From: an uncultured Gemmatimonadales bacterium
Lineage (GTDB): Bacteria > Gemmatimonadota > Gemmatimonadetes > Gemmatimonadales > GWC2-71-9
Assembly: GCA_963779755.1 (NCBI GenBank)
Contig: CAVZZO010000003.1
Location: forward strand, 1,440,001 to 1,504,000
Direction of reading: 5' to 3'
DNA length: 64,000 nt
The position numbers and the translations under genes are program-made. Each line of letters opens with the position of its first letter. The first letter of the stretch is position 1. Below are positions 52,768 to 60,809 of this stretch, piece by piece. Below the pieces are notes generated by a model. It had not been told where the DNA came from and searched no databases. It was given only the letters and a program-made list of their open reading frames with translations.

Positions 52768-52968
52768 CGCTACCGGGCGGACTTTGTCTGTTCTGAACGG
52801 GTCATCGTGGAACTCAAGGCCCTGAGCGCACTCACCGACGCCGAAACCGCCCAGGTCCTGAACTATCTCAAGGCCAGCGGCCTGAGTCGTGGGTTGTTGA
52901 TCAACTTCGGGGGCCCGAGTCTGCAGTACCGCCGCTTCGTCCTGACCCCGAAAGGCTCAACGGCGTAA
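52768..52968 (+). pseudogene. GxxExxY 3' half
   Basis: [24 protein letters not shown]. Confidence 0.88.
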
Positions 52969-53112
52969 TCGGTGCAATCTGCGGATTGGTGAGGAACCGT
53001 CCCGTCTTGGGATCCTACCGATCCGCCGATTACACAGATTGCGCGGATTCGCGAATCCGGGAAAACCCAAGGAGGCAAATCTGAGTAATCGGCGTCATCG
53101 GCGGATTCATCC

Positions 53113-53313
53113 CGCTACCGGGCGGACTTTGTCTGCTATGATCGGGTCATCGTGGAACTCAAGGCCCTGAGCGCACTCACCGACGCCGAAACCGCCCAGG
53201 TCCTCAACTATCTCAAGGCCAGCGGCCTGCGTCGTGGGTTGTTGATCAACTTCGGGGGCCCGAGTCTGCAGTACCGCCGCTTCGTCCTGACCCCGAAAGG
53301 CTCCTCGGCGTAA
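53113..53313 (+). pseudogene. GxxExxY 3' half (tandem copy)
   Basis: Same breakpoint as 52768; 345-bp period. Confidence 0.88.
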
Positions 53314-53332
53314 TCGGTGCAATCTGCGGATT

Positions 53333-53470
53333 GGTGAGGAACCGTCCCGTCCTGGGATCATACCACCGGTTCCGGAAGTAGGTGAACCCGCCCGTCTGGT
53401 TCGGGGTGCTCCCACCGGTGAAGCCGGTCTCGGTGTTGGTCTGGCCCGCCGAGAGGCTGCCCATCCCCCA
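53333..53470 (-). pseudogene. Upstream Rhs core fragment
   Basis: [34 protein letters not shown]. Confidence 0.85.
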
Positions 53471-53475
53471 CCTGC

Positions 53476-53570
53476 GAGGAAAAAGGGCCGCCAAAGCCCT
53501 CCTCGATGCCCTCATCCTCAACACCCACGCCAAACGCTGGACCGGTACCGGGTTGAAGAGGGGCCGCTAA
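53476..53570 (+). pseudogene. Probable XRE-regulator C-terminal remnant
   Basis: KRAAKALLDALILNTHAKRW. Confidence 0.45.
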
Positions 53571-53627
53571 AACGAAGAGCCCAGCGCTGAGAGCCCCGGG
53601 CCCATCGCAGCCTCGCTCACAGCCGCT

Positions 53628-53915
53628 CTACTGCGCAGGCGGCTGCAATTTGTCGATGATACCCTCCAGCGCCTTCCCCTCGGGATTCGCATTCCAGTCT
53701 TCATCAAACCCGGCACGCTGAAGCTGATCGGCCACTGCTTCGCGCAAGGCATTCACTTGGGGCCGTGTGAAGCGCACCGGCTGCGTGCGCTCAGCATCGT
53801 CCGCCACGATCTCGCGTATCTCAGCCGACACTTCGCATCGCTCCCTGATCAGCTTGCGCTCGAGGCGCGTGAGGCTCAGCCAGATCTCAGCTGTCACAGC
53901 TTCTCCTAGAGCCAA
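53628..53915 (-). CDS. Putative immunity protein for CT-D
   Basis: Starts 10 bp after the CT stop; GFDEDW..N.EG..LE.IIDKL. Confidence 0.7.
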   Translation of the reverse strand: MALGEAVTAEIWLSLTRLERKLIRERCEVSAEIREIVADDAERTQPVRFTRPQVNALREAVADQLQRAGFDEDWNANPEGKALEGIIDKLQPPAQ

Positions 53916-53925
53916 TCGAGTGTGG

Positions 53926-54567
53926 TCACTGACGCCATGCTGTGACTACCTTCCCCAGCAGGTTGATAGCGAAAGCAGCGGTCTGACCAGTGATCCGCAA
54001 GCTCTCTCGCCCCAATTGGTCAACAAGCGGCCCCGTAGTGGTGCCGTTCCGAGCCGCGTCCAGAAGAGCACCGGGGCTCACGCCTCGGTTGATAATCTGG
54101 TTGATGCCGTGCCCCGTGAATCCAGAGATCGCATTGCCGATGAACCGCGAGCCTACTGCGGCCACCGTCGCCCCCGCAGCACTCGCCTGCGTGGCGGCCC
54201 CGCTGGACAGCAGAGCCGAGCCAGCGGCGACTAGACCGTCCACAACCACTGCGCCGGTAACAACAGCCCCTGCAACTGCAGCTACAGCGCAGCCGGTGCT
54301 CTCCTTGCACGACGCGGCTGCGCCCTTGAGATCATTCAGGAGCCCGCCGTTGCCCTGAGCCGCCTCGTGCGCGTAGTAACCCGAGGACCCCTCGGGACAG
54401 TCGTCGTATTCGTCCGTCTTCCCGTCACCACCAGCATCCTCGGGACACAGACCAAATGGGTCAGCAAACGCGACCGGATTCCCCCCCGCGTACGCATACA
54501 GATTGACGCCACCCGCGAGGCCGATGGGATCCTGGGTGAGGAACCGTCCCGTCCTGGGATCATACCA
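53926..54567 (-). CDS. Orphan Rhs-CT cassette D (probable BECR-type RNase tip)
   Basis: Open frame from WYDP; tip FTGHGINQII.RGV.P..LLDA..N...GKVVTAW. Confidence 0.85.
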   Translation of the reverse strand, partial: WYDPRTGRFLTQDPIGLAGGVNLYAYAGGNPVAFADPFGLCPEDAGGDGKTDEYDDCPEGSSGYYAHEAAQGNGGLLNDLKGAAASCKESTGCAVAAVAGAVVTGAVVVDGLVAAGSALLSSGAATQASAAGATVAAVGSRFIGNAISGFTGHGINQIINRGVSPGALLDAARNGTTTGPLVDQLGRESLRITGQTAAFAINLLGKVVTAWRQ

Positions 54568-54699
54568 ATCCGCCGATTGCGCAGATCCTTCACCTTACAT
54601 CTTCCAATTTACTCAAGAAGGATTCCACAGACAGCGCCGCGCCGCCTGGAGTACCGCCGGATGGTCTTCAGCCCTCCCCGAAGCGGCTGATCTGTCCGC

Positions 54700-54971
54700 T
54701 GCTCCAGGCCCAACGCGGGGAGCACGCCGTCACCGCGAAGCGGCTGAAGGGCGACCTGGCCGGGCTGGTGGAGATCGTCGACGACTTCGACGGGAATACC
54801 TACCGGGCTGTGTACACCACCAAGCTGGCCGGCGTCGTCTACGTGCTGCACATCTTTCAGAAGAAGGCGACGCACGGCATCGCGACGCCCAAGCGGGAGC
54901 TCGATCTGATCACGACCCGGCTCCGGCGGGCGAGAGAGCATCATACAGCACAGAGAGACCGGGAGACCTGA
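54700..54971 (+). pseudogene. 5'-truncated RelE/ParE (Gp49-like) toxin
   Basis: TYRAVYT...YVLH.FQKK; paralog of 59602-59964. Confidence 0.8.
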
Positions 54972-54972
54972 C

Positions 54973-55275
54973 ATGGCGGAACGGATCACGATCACCAAGG
55001 GAAGCGGGAACGTCTTTGCCGATCTAGGGCTGCCCGATGCCGAGGAGCTCCTGGTCAAGGCCACGCTTCTGGCGCGGGCGCTCAAGGTGTCTGCGGACGA
55101 GTTGCTCGGGCTTAAGGCCGTGACAGAGAAGACCACCCCCAAGGCGGCCCGCCTCCTCAAGCGGCTGCAGAAGATCACCGACCTTCCGGCGGCTGATCAG
55201 CGCACCGTACTCAAACTCCTCGACGCCCTCCACGAATCCCGCCAGCGCACCAACCGGCCCCGCGCCACGGGTTAA
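54973..55275 (+). CDS. Chimeric HTH protein
   Basis: N-terminus matches 59274-59600; C-terminus matches 60073-60420. Confidence 0.75.
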   Translation: MAERITITKGSGNVFADLGLPDAEELLVKATLLARALKVSADELLGLKAVTEKTTPKAARLLKRLQKITDLPAADQRTVLKLLDALHESRQRTNRPRATG

Positions 55276-55291
55276 GCCCCAGCAAGAGGAA

Positions 55292-55320
55292 AGCCCGGTC
55301 AGTTGACCGGGCTCCTTTGT
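55292..55320. terminator. Hairpin between convergent genes
   Basis: AGCCCGGTCA..TGACCGGGCT followed by T-rich sequence. Confidence 0.5.
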
Positions 55321-55354
55321 TGTCAGTTCATGGAAAGCACGGACCAATCTTCGA

Positions 55355-55945
55355 CTACTGGGCGTTTGCGGGAATCTCAATACTTTCAGCGATGTGCATC
55401 AAGGGCGCGAGAGAATCCGAGTCTGCGACTGCGACGAAGGAGAGAAACGTCAGACTATCAATTTTCCAGTATGCCTGCATATGAACCCCGGTACCGGTTG
55501 CCTGATGGCCCACGAACACTTGGGCGATGAAATCTCTGCCGTTGCTGTTGCCGATGCACCATCCATGGGTGGCCGCCTCAGAGTCCTCCAAGACACGCCG
55601 TACGAGCGCATGTGCCTCCCTGTCAACTGTGATGCCGATGCTTCCGTAGCCATCAAGCATCCAGCTTCTCACGGCGGAATCTCGAGGGAGCGGCTTGGCA
55701 TTGGATGGAAGGGCTAAGCGCACCCCCAACAGGCCAAGAGGCGATGTCTGCCAGTCAAGAGGACTGGATGGGGAGACACTACAGGAATTGAGCTTCGCCC
55801 GTTGGGCACGAGGTGGTTGTTCGGTCCTTGTGCAGTCCATCCCACTGGCGAGGATGAAGCTAATGAGCCCCATCGATATCGCCCTTCGGGACAGCGCATT
55901 TCGGCTGGCCGGCGGACGAATCGCCCGATGCCTAGAACCCACCAT
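55355..55945 (-). CDS. Putative exported immunity protein for CT-E
   Basis: Overlaps the CT stop; hydrophobic N-terminal segment followed by Cys. Confidence 0.55.
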   Translation of the reverse strand: MVGSRHRAIRPPASRNALSRRAISMGLISFILASGMDCTRTEQPPRAQRAKLNSCSVSPSSPLDWQTSPLGLLGVRLALPSNAKPLPRDSAVRSWMLDGYGSIGITVDREAHALVRRVLEDSEAATHGWCIGNSNGRDFIAQVFVGHQATGTGVHMQAYWKIDSLTFLSFVAVADSDSLAPLMHIAESIEIPANAQ

Positions 55946-56510
55946 GATCGCACCTCGGAGCCTTTCCGCGCTGCGAGTTGTAGACGTTGTCTCCGTGGAC
56001 GATGGCGAACTGCTCACTACGGTTCATGGACTTCCCGAGGGCCACCGGAGCATGATGGAGGAGCTCGTGTGCGAAGACTTGGCCCAAAGTAAACGATTCG
56101 CCCCCGCCGTCACATTTTCCCCATTCCCCAGTGTTATACCCGATCTTATCAGAGTTTCGAAACACCGTGACGGCAAGCGGATCGAACTGCTCCGAGCTCA
56201 TGTCATCTGACAAGTGGAAGTTGAAAGTCACCTTCCCGGTGAAGACCATGTGTCGGAAGGCCGCCTGGATCTCGGCAAACTTCTCATTCCCCCTTGCCTT
56301 GAAGCTCTCAACGCAGTTGGACTTGTCCCAAGTGATGTCCGTGTCCGTGGCATCGCCAGTGGCCTTCTTCGCCTTGTCGAGGTCTTCCGGCGTCTTCCCC
56401 GTAGCGCACACCTTCAGCCCGAACGGATCACTGAACGCTACCGGGTTCGACCCCGCATAGGCATACAGATTGACCCCGCCGGCGAGCCCGATGGGATCCT
56501 GGGTGAGGAA
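55932..56510 (-). CDS. Orphan Rhs-CT cassette E, HExxH metallopeptidase
   Basis: [23 protein letters not shown]...N....G..PR..H. Confidence 0.85.
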   Translation of the reverse strand, partial: FLTQDPIGLAGGVNLYAYAGSNPVAFSDPFGLKVCATGKTPEDLDKAKKATGDATDTDITWDKSNCVESFKARGNEKFAEIQAAFRHMVFTGKVTFNFHLSDDMSSEQFDPLAVTVFRNSDKIGYNTGEWGKCDGGGESFTLGQVFAHELLHHAPVALGKSMNRSEQFAIVHGDNVYNSQRGKAPRCDHGGF

Positions 56511-56548
56511 GGATCCCTGGCCGGAATCGTACCCTCAGGCTGTTCGAC

Positions 56549-56947
56549 CTAACGCCAAGCCACGGTCGTGATCTCGGGCGCCAAGGCAAAATGGGAGTCG
56601 CGAGTGGCGAGCGCGAGATCATGCTCCAGCGCCAGCGCCGCGATCCAGATGTCGTTCTCGGGAATCGGGGTTCCGCGGGCTCGCAGACCGGCCTTCACTT
56701 CCCCATACCGCTGTGCGGTCTCCACTCCGCACGGCAGCACGGCGGCAATCCGGCTCAACTGCTCGATGGCCTGGAGGTTCTGGGCCGGACGGGCGGACTT
56801 CTGGGCCCCGTAGTACAACTCCCCGAGCGCGATGGCCGGCACGAACACTGCCGCCGCGCCCGCTACCGCCGCCGTGACCGCCTGCTCGTCGGCGAGAAGG
56901 GCAATGAGAATATTGGTGTCGAGAAGGTACCTACCAGCCGGCGGCAT
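56549..56947 (-). CDS. vapC: VapC/PIN toxin
   Basis: LLDTN, GELYYG, PENDIWIAA, TRD.HF. Confidence 0.92.
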   Translation of the reverse strand: MPPAGRYLLDTNILIALLADEQAVTAAVAGAAAVFVPAIALGELYYGAQKSARPAQNLQAIEQLSRIAAVLPCGVETAQRYGEVKAGLRARGTPIPENDIWIAALALEHDLALATRDSHFALAPEITTVAWR

Positions 56948-57146
56948 CAGTCCGCTCGCAGTCGGCCTCGATCGCCGCGGCCATTCGCCCTAGGTCGTCA
57001 GGCGGAATCGCTCCGGACAATGCGAGCAGGGGACCGCGGGCGCTTGCCTGCTCCAACACCCGGATGTAGGCAAGCGCCCGCTCCTGGTCGGGCGGAGGAA
57101 GCCGCCGTACCCGGGCGGCGAGGTCATCGGATGGCGATGCGGTCAT
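56931..57146 (-). CDS. Antitoxin
   Basis: Small ORF overlapping vapC, GGAGG RBS. Confidence 0.75.
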   Translation of the reverse strand: MTASPSDDLAARVRRLPPPDQERALAYIRVLEQASARGPLLALSGAIPPDDLGRMAAAIEADCERTDAAGW

Positions 57147-57208
57147 CAGGCCTCCTTGTTCCCCGGAATATAATCTCCCGCGGGCCAGCGCCCTCGCCCA
57201 GAGGGCGC

Positions 57209-57869
57209 GGTGCATGGCGGAGACGCTGCGCCGGTGGGTACGGCAGGCGGAACGGGATGCCGGGCAGCGGCCGGGGCTGACCACCGAGGAGCAGCAGCGG
57301 CTCAAGGCGCTGGAGCGGGAGAATCGGGAACTGCGCCGGGCCAATGAGATTCTGCGGAAGACGTCGGCGTTTTTTGCCCAGGCGGAGCTCGACCGCCGCG
57401 GGCCGTGATGCCGGAGTTCATGACGCCCACCGGGAGACGTACGGAGTCGAGCCGATCTGTACGCAGACTGCCGCGCTCCAGGACCGGGACACCGATGCGG
57501 GGCTGATTCATCAGAGCGATCACGGGGTGCGGTACCTCTCAATCCGGCACACCGAGCCCTTGGCGGAGGCCGGGATCTAACCCTCGGTCGGGAGCCGGGG
57601 GGATTCCTACGACAACGCCCTGGCGGAAACGGTACTCGGGCTGTTCAAGACGGAACTCATCCGCCAGGCCGGCCCCTGGCGCGGGCTGGACGACGTCGAG
57701 TACGCCACGCTGGAGTGGGTGGCCTGGTTCAACACCCAGCGCCTGCTGGAACCCCTGGGCTATCTTCCCCCCGCGGAGTCGAGGAGCAGTTTCACCGTAC
57801 CGCATCGGCTCAACTCACTGATGGGGTACTCGCGTGTAACCGAGTCTCCGGAAAAGCCGGGGCGATTCA
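57209..57869 (+). mobile_element. IS3-family remnant (orfA 3' part, deleted orfB, right IR)
   Basis: [45 protein letters not shown]. Confidence 0.85.
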
Positions 57870-57911
57870 CCGAGGCGATTCAGTCCACGAAATCGGGGCC
57901 GGACCACCGAG

Positions 57912-58214
57912 CTATGCTCGACCCGCCTTCCCCGGCCGTTTGCGCCGCGCGCGGGCCTTTGGTGTTCCGGCTGCCACCTCGAGTTTGTCACCGGGGGCAG
58001 GAGTGGCATCCGGCACCTTGCCCAAGGCCTTCAGATAGGCCGGCCGGGACCCGCGCTTCGCCCGGGCCCCCAGGTACTCTTCGGTCAGCAGCGCCGCCAG
58101 CTTCTCCGCCACCGCGGTGCTCACAAACTGGTTCAGCGAAATCCCCTCCCGCTCGGCGAGTTCCCGGGCGCGGGCGTGAAGGGAGTTCGGCAATCTGAGA
58201 CTCAGAGCGCTCAT
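57912..58214 (-). CDS. RHH/HicB-like antitoxin
   Basis: LSLRLP.SLH..A..EGISLNQF. Confidence 0.85.
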   Translation of the reverse strand: MSALSLRLPNSLHARARELAEREGISLNQFVSTAVAEKLAALLTEEYLGARAKRGSRPAYLKALGKVPDATPAPGDKLEVAAGTPKARARRKRPGKAGRA

Positions 58215-58636
58215 AGCATTCCTCCGATCTGTTCGAGAAAGGCAACCGGAGATACCGGTGTCACCCCGAAGCGCTCGCTCCCCGCGAAGTCCCGGTGGTT
58301 GAAGGTGAGAATCCGGTTGCATTGCCCGTTGACCGCCGCTTCCAGGACCATGTCATCCCTGGGGTCCGGCAACACGGGCCGCCACAGGAAGTGGATCGGC
58401 TGGTGTTCGCCCGCGGCACAGAGGTAGTCGAGGACGGCGTCAACCTCCGCCTTGGAGAGCTGGTGCCCAGCCCCGCGACGCTTCAGCACCTCTTCATACT
58501 CCAGCACCAGAGGGACCGACACCACGTGTGCGAACCGCTTGGTACCGACCAGGGTCAGCAGCTGGTATGACGCGCCGCGCTGCGAGCGCAGGCCGGCCAC
58601 CAGGACATTGGTATCGAGCACGACCCGTGGCACCAT
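58211..58636 (-). CDS. PIN-family toxin
   Basis: VVLDTNV, EYEEV, DP.DDMVLE.A, TFN.RDF. Confidence 0.9.
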   Translation of the reverse strand: MVPRVVLDTNVLVAGLRSQRGASYQLLTLVGTKRFAHVVSVPLVLEYEEVLKRRGAGHQLSKAEVDAVLDYLCAAGEHQPIHFLWRPVLPDPRDDMVLEAAVNGQCNRILTFNHRDFAGSERFGVTPVSPVAFLEQIGGML

Positions 58637-58959
58637 GCGGTATTATAGGTGATACCGCATCAGCTGGCAAACGCCCGCCGCGGATGACGGCGACGATCGC
58701 AGTACCTGCTCACGACGCGGGTCGAATCGCAGGCACTTCCTGCCCGCCCTTACGACAGCCTGACCTACGCCTTCGACCGCCGGGGCAATCTGCTGGTCCC
58801 GGCCGAAGCGCGTGGGGCCGGCAAAGGAGGGTATGTCCTCTGTCGCCGGCAAGACTGCGGCAGCTATCCTGAAGAAGGCAAGTACACTGGATTGGAGGAC
58901 AGACGATGGAAGATCATGCCCGGCCTCCATCTCTGAATCGTTGCGTAGGGCTCGTCCAG

Positions 58960-59017
58960 GAGCGCAATGGGCCGCGATCCGGTCCGCTGCGACCAAGCTG
59001 GGTGCACTGCGGAGACA
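58960..59017 (+). mobile_element. Small IS3 orfA remnant
   Basis: QWAAIRSAATKLG then CTAET. Confidence 0.5.
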
Positions 59018-59273
59018 TTTCGACAGATCCGCAGATTGCACAGATGGGGCCGGACGGCATCCGCGGATTGCGCAGATGGGCAGCAACGCCTCCGCCTTCA
59101 GGCAGGACGATTCCGCAGATGCAGGATGGCCCCGATTCCGCGCCAACCGGGTACCAGGTGCCCGGAACAGATCACTGCTCTTGCTCCATGATCGGTCGGC
59201 ACGACCCGGCTCCCGGCGCCCGAATAGTGCCGAAAGCCGCGGCTAGCGAAGAAGACGAGCGCCGCGCGTGGAC

Positions 59274-59600
59274 TCAGGCGACGACGCGGAGCCGGCCCCG
59301 TCCCCGGCGTCGCGCGGGCTTCCGGATCACGATGTCAATATCGCGGCCCAGGGCGCGGAGAAAGCCGATCAGCCGCTCGGTGGAGTAGTCCGCGAGCCGG
59401 CCATGGAGGATGTGGGAGACCTTGGGCTGGTCCACCCCCATGAGCTTGGCCGCAGCCCGCTGGGTCAGGCCCCGCCGCTCGATAATCTCGCCGATCTGGA
59501 CCGCCAGCATCGCCTTGGCCAGCCGTTCCTCGGGGTTCGGCAGCCCGAGATCCGCAAAGACGTTGCCGCTCCCTTTGGTGATCTTGATCCGTCCCGCCAT
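59274..59600 (-). CDS. HTH antitoxin
   Basis: SGNVFADLG, LTQ..AA..G..QPKVS. Confidence 0.9.
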   Translation of the reverse strand: MAGRIKITKGSGNVFADLGLPNPEERLAKAMLAVQIGEIIERRGLTQRAAAKLMGVDQPKVSHILHGRLADYSTERLIGFLRALGRDIDIVIRKPARRRGRGRLRVVA

Positions 59601-59601
59601 C

Positions 59602-59964
59602 TCACTCCTCCGCGTGTCGGTGCGCCGCGTGATGCTCCCGGGCCCGCCGGAGCCGGGCCTTGATCAGCGCGAGCTCCCGCTTGGGCGTCGCAATGCCGTG
59701 GATCGCCTTCTTCTGAAAGACGTGCAGCACGTAGACGACGCCGGCCAGCTTGGTGGTGTACACCGCTCGATACGTGCTCCCATCGTAATCCTCGACGACT
59801 TCCACCAGCCCGTGCAGATCCCCCTTGAGCCGCTTGGCCGCCGGATGCTGCCTCCCGATCTGGGCCTGATAGAGCGCGTAGCCCACGGTGTCCTGGATCG
59901 GGTCCGGACAGGCGCGGAGATCGTCGAGGCTCGAGCCCATCCAGTGCACCGGGGTGAGCGGCAT
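59602..59964 (-). CDS. RelE/ParE (Gp49-like) toxin
   Basis: W.GSS..DL, YRAVY, LH.FQKK. Confidence 0.9.
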   Translation of the reverse strand: MPLTPVHWMGSSLDDLRACPDPIQDTVGYALYQAQIGRQHPAAKRLKGDLHGLVEVVEDYDGSTYRAVYTTKLAGVVYVLHVFQKKAIHGIATPKRELALIKARLRRAREHHAAHRHAEE

Positions 59965-60072
59965 GATAGAATATGCGGATACTGGCATGTAGGCGCCAGT
60001 CCCCGCTCCGCCGGATGGGTCCGGCCATGCACCGCCTTGAGCTGGGCGATGGCCACCCGGGTGTAGAGCGCC

Positions 60073-60420
60073 GTGGTGGCGGAGATTCGCCAGCGCCGGG
60101 GGCTGACCCCGGAAGAATTAGGGAAAGCGGTGGGCGTGTCGAACCGGGTGGTGGCCTACTACGAGGGACACACCGCGCAGCCGCCCGGGGCCATGCTGGC
60201 CGATTTGGCCCGCGCCCTCAAAGTCTCGGCCGACGAATTACTCGGTTTGAAGCCCACCACAGACAAACAGCCGCCCAAAACGGCGCGGCTGCTCAACCGC
60301 CTCCAAAAGGTGGCTGACTTACCGGCCGCCGATCAGCGCACCGTCCTCAAGCTCATCGAGGCACTCGCAGAGGCGCGGCGGTCGGCGCGACCTCGCAAAA
60401 AGGCCCGCGCAGCCAGCTGA
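60073..60420 (+). CDS. XRE-family HTH regulator (5' end possibly clipped)
   Basis: GLT.EEL...G.S.R...YYE...LARAL.VS.DELLG. Confidence 0.85.
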   Translation: MVAEIRQRRGLTPEELGKAVGVSNRVVAYYEGHTAQPPGAMLADLARALKVSADELLGLKPTTDKQPPKTARLLNRLQKVADLPAADQRTVLKLIEALAEARRSARPRKKARAAS

Positions 60421-60492
60421 CGGAAGGAGAGAGAGCCTGGTCACCACGACCAAGCTCTCAGGGCTAACGGCCCGCAGCCGAGTGGTGGTAGA

Positions 60493-60792
60493 TCATTCGG
60501 GAACATCTGATGCAGCAAACAATACGAGCTCGGGACCCTCGTGGGCCTTCTCCGGCTGACCAACGAGCTTGCTGTCGGCAGGCAAGTGCACATGTAGCGT
60601 CTTAGTGTAGCCGCCCACTGCGAGGCGGGCAAACACCTCAGCAAGGTAGCGCAAGCCAGCGGAATTGCCCCACACATAGAAGTCGCCGTCCTTGACTTCA
60701 ACCAAGTAGTTGCCTCCGGTGCGGAGCAACTGATTAGGCAGATCGATCTGATTCGGGTCCTTCACGTCAAACTTTATCTCAAGGCTAGGCAT
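60493..60792 (-). CDS. Putative immunity protein for CT-F (Imm32-like)
   Basis: GN.AGL.YLA..F..LA....HVHL. Confidence 0.7.
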   Translation of the reverse strand: MPSLEIKFDVKDPNQIDLPNQLLRTGGNYLVEVKDGDFYVWGNSAGLRYLAEVFARLAVGGYTKTLHVHLPADSKLVGQPEKAHEGPELVLFAASDVPE

Positions 60793-60809
60793 TTCCTTCT
60801 CCCGAATTG

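Noticed and set aside
48912..54567. 33-bp repeats as a CRISPR array
   Set aside because: Spacing is 344 to about 1800 bp, the repeat is Rhs coding sequence, and no cas genes are visible.
58643..58950. Possible additional immunity or toxin remnant
   Set aside because: Lower GC, but no recognisable motif or convincing reading frame.
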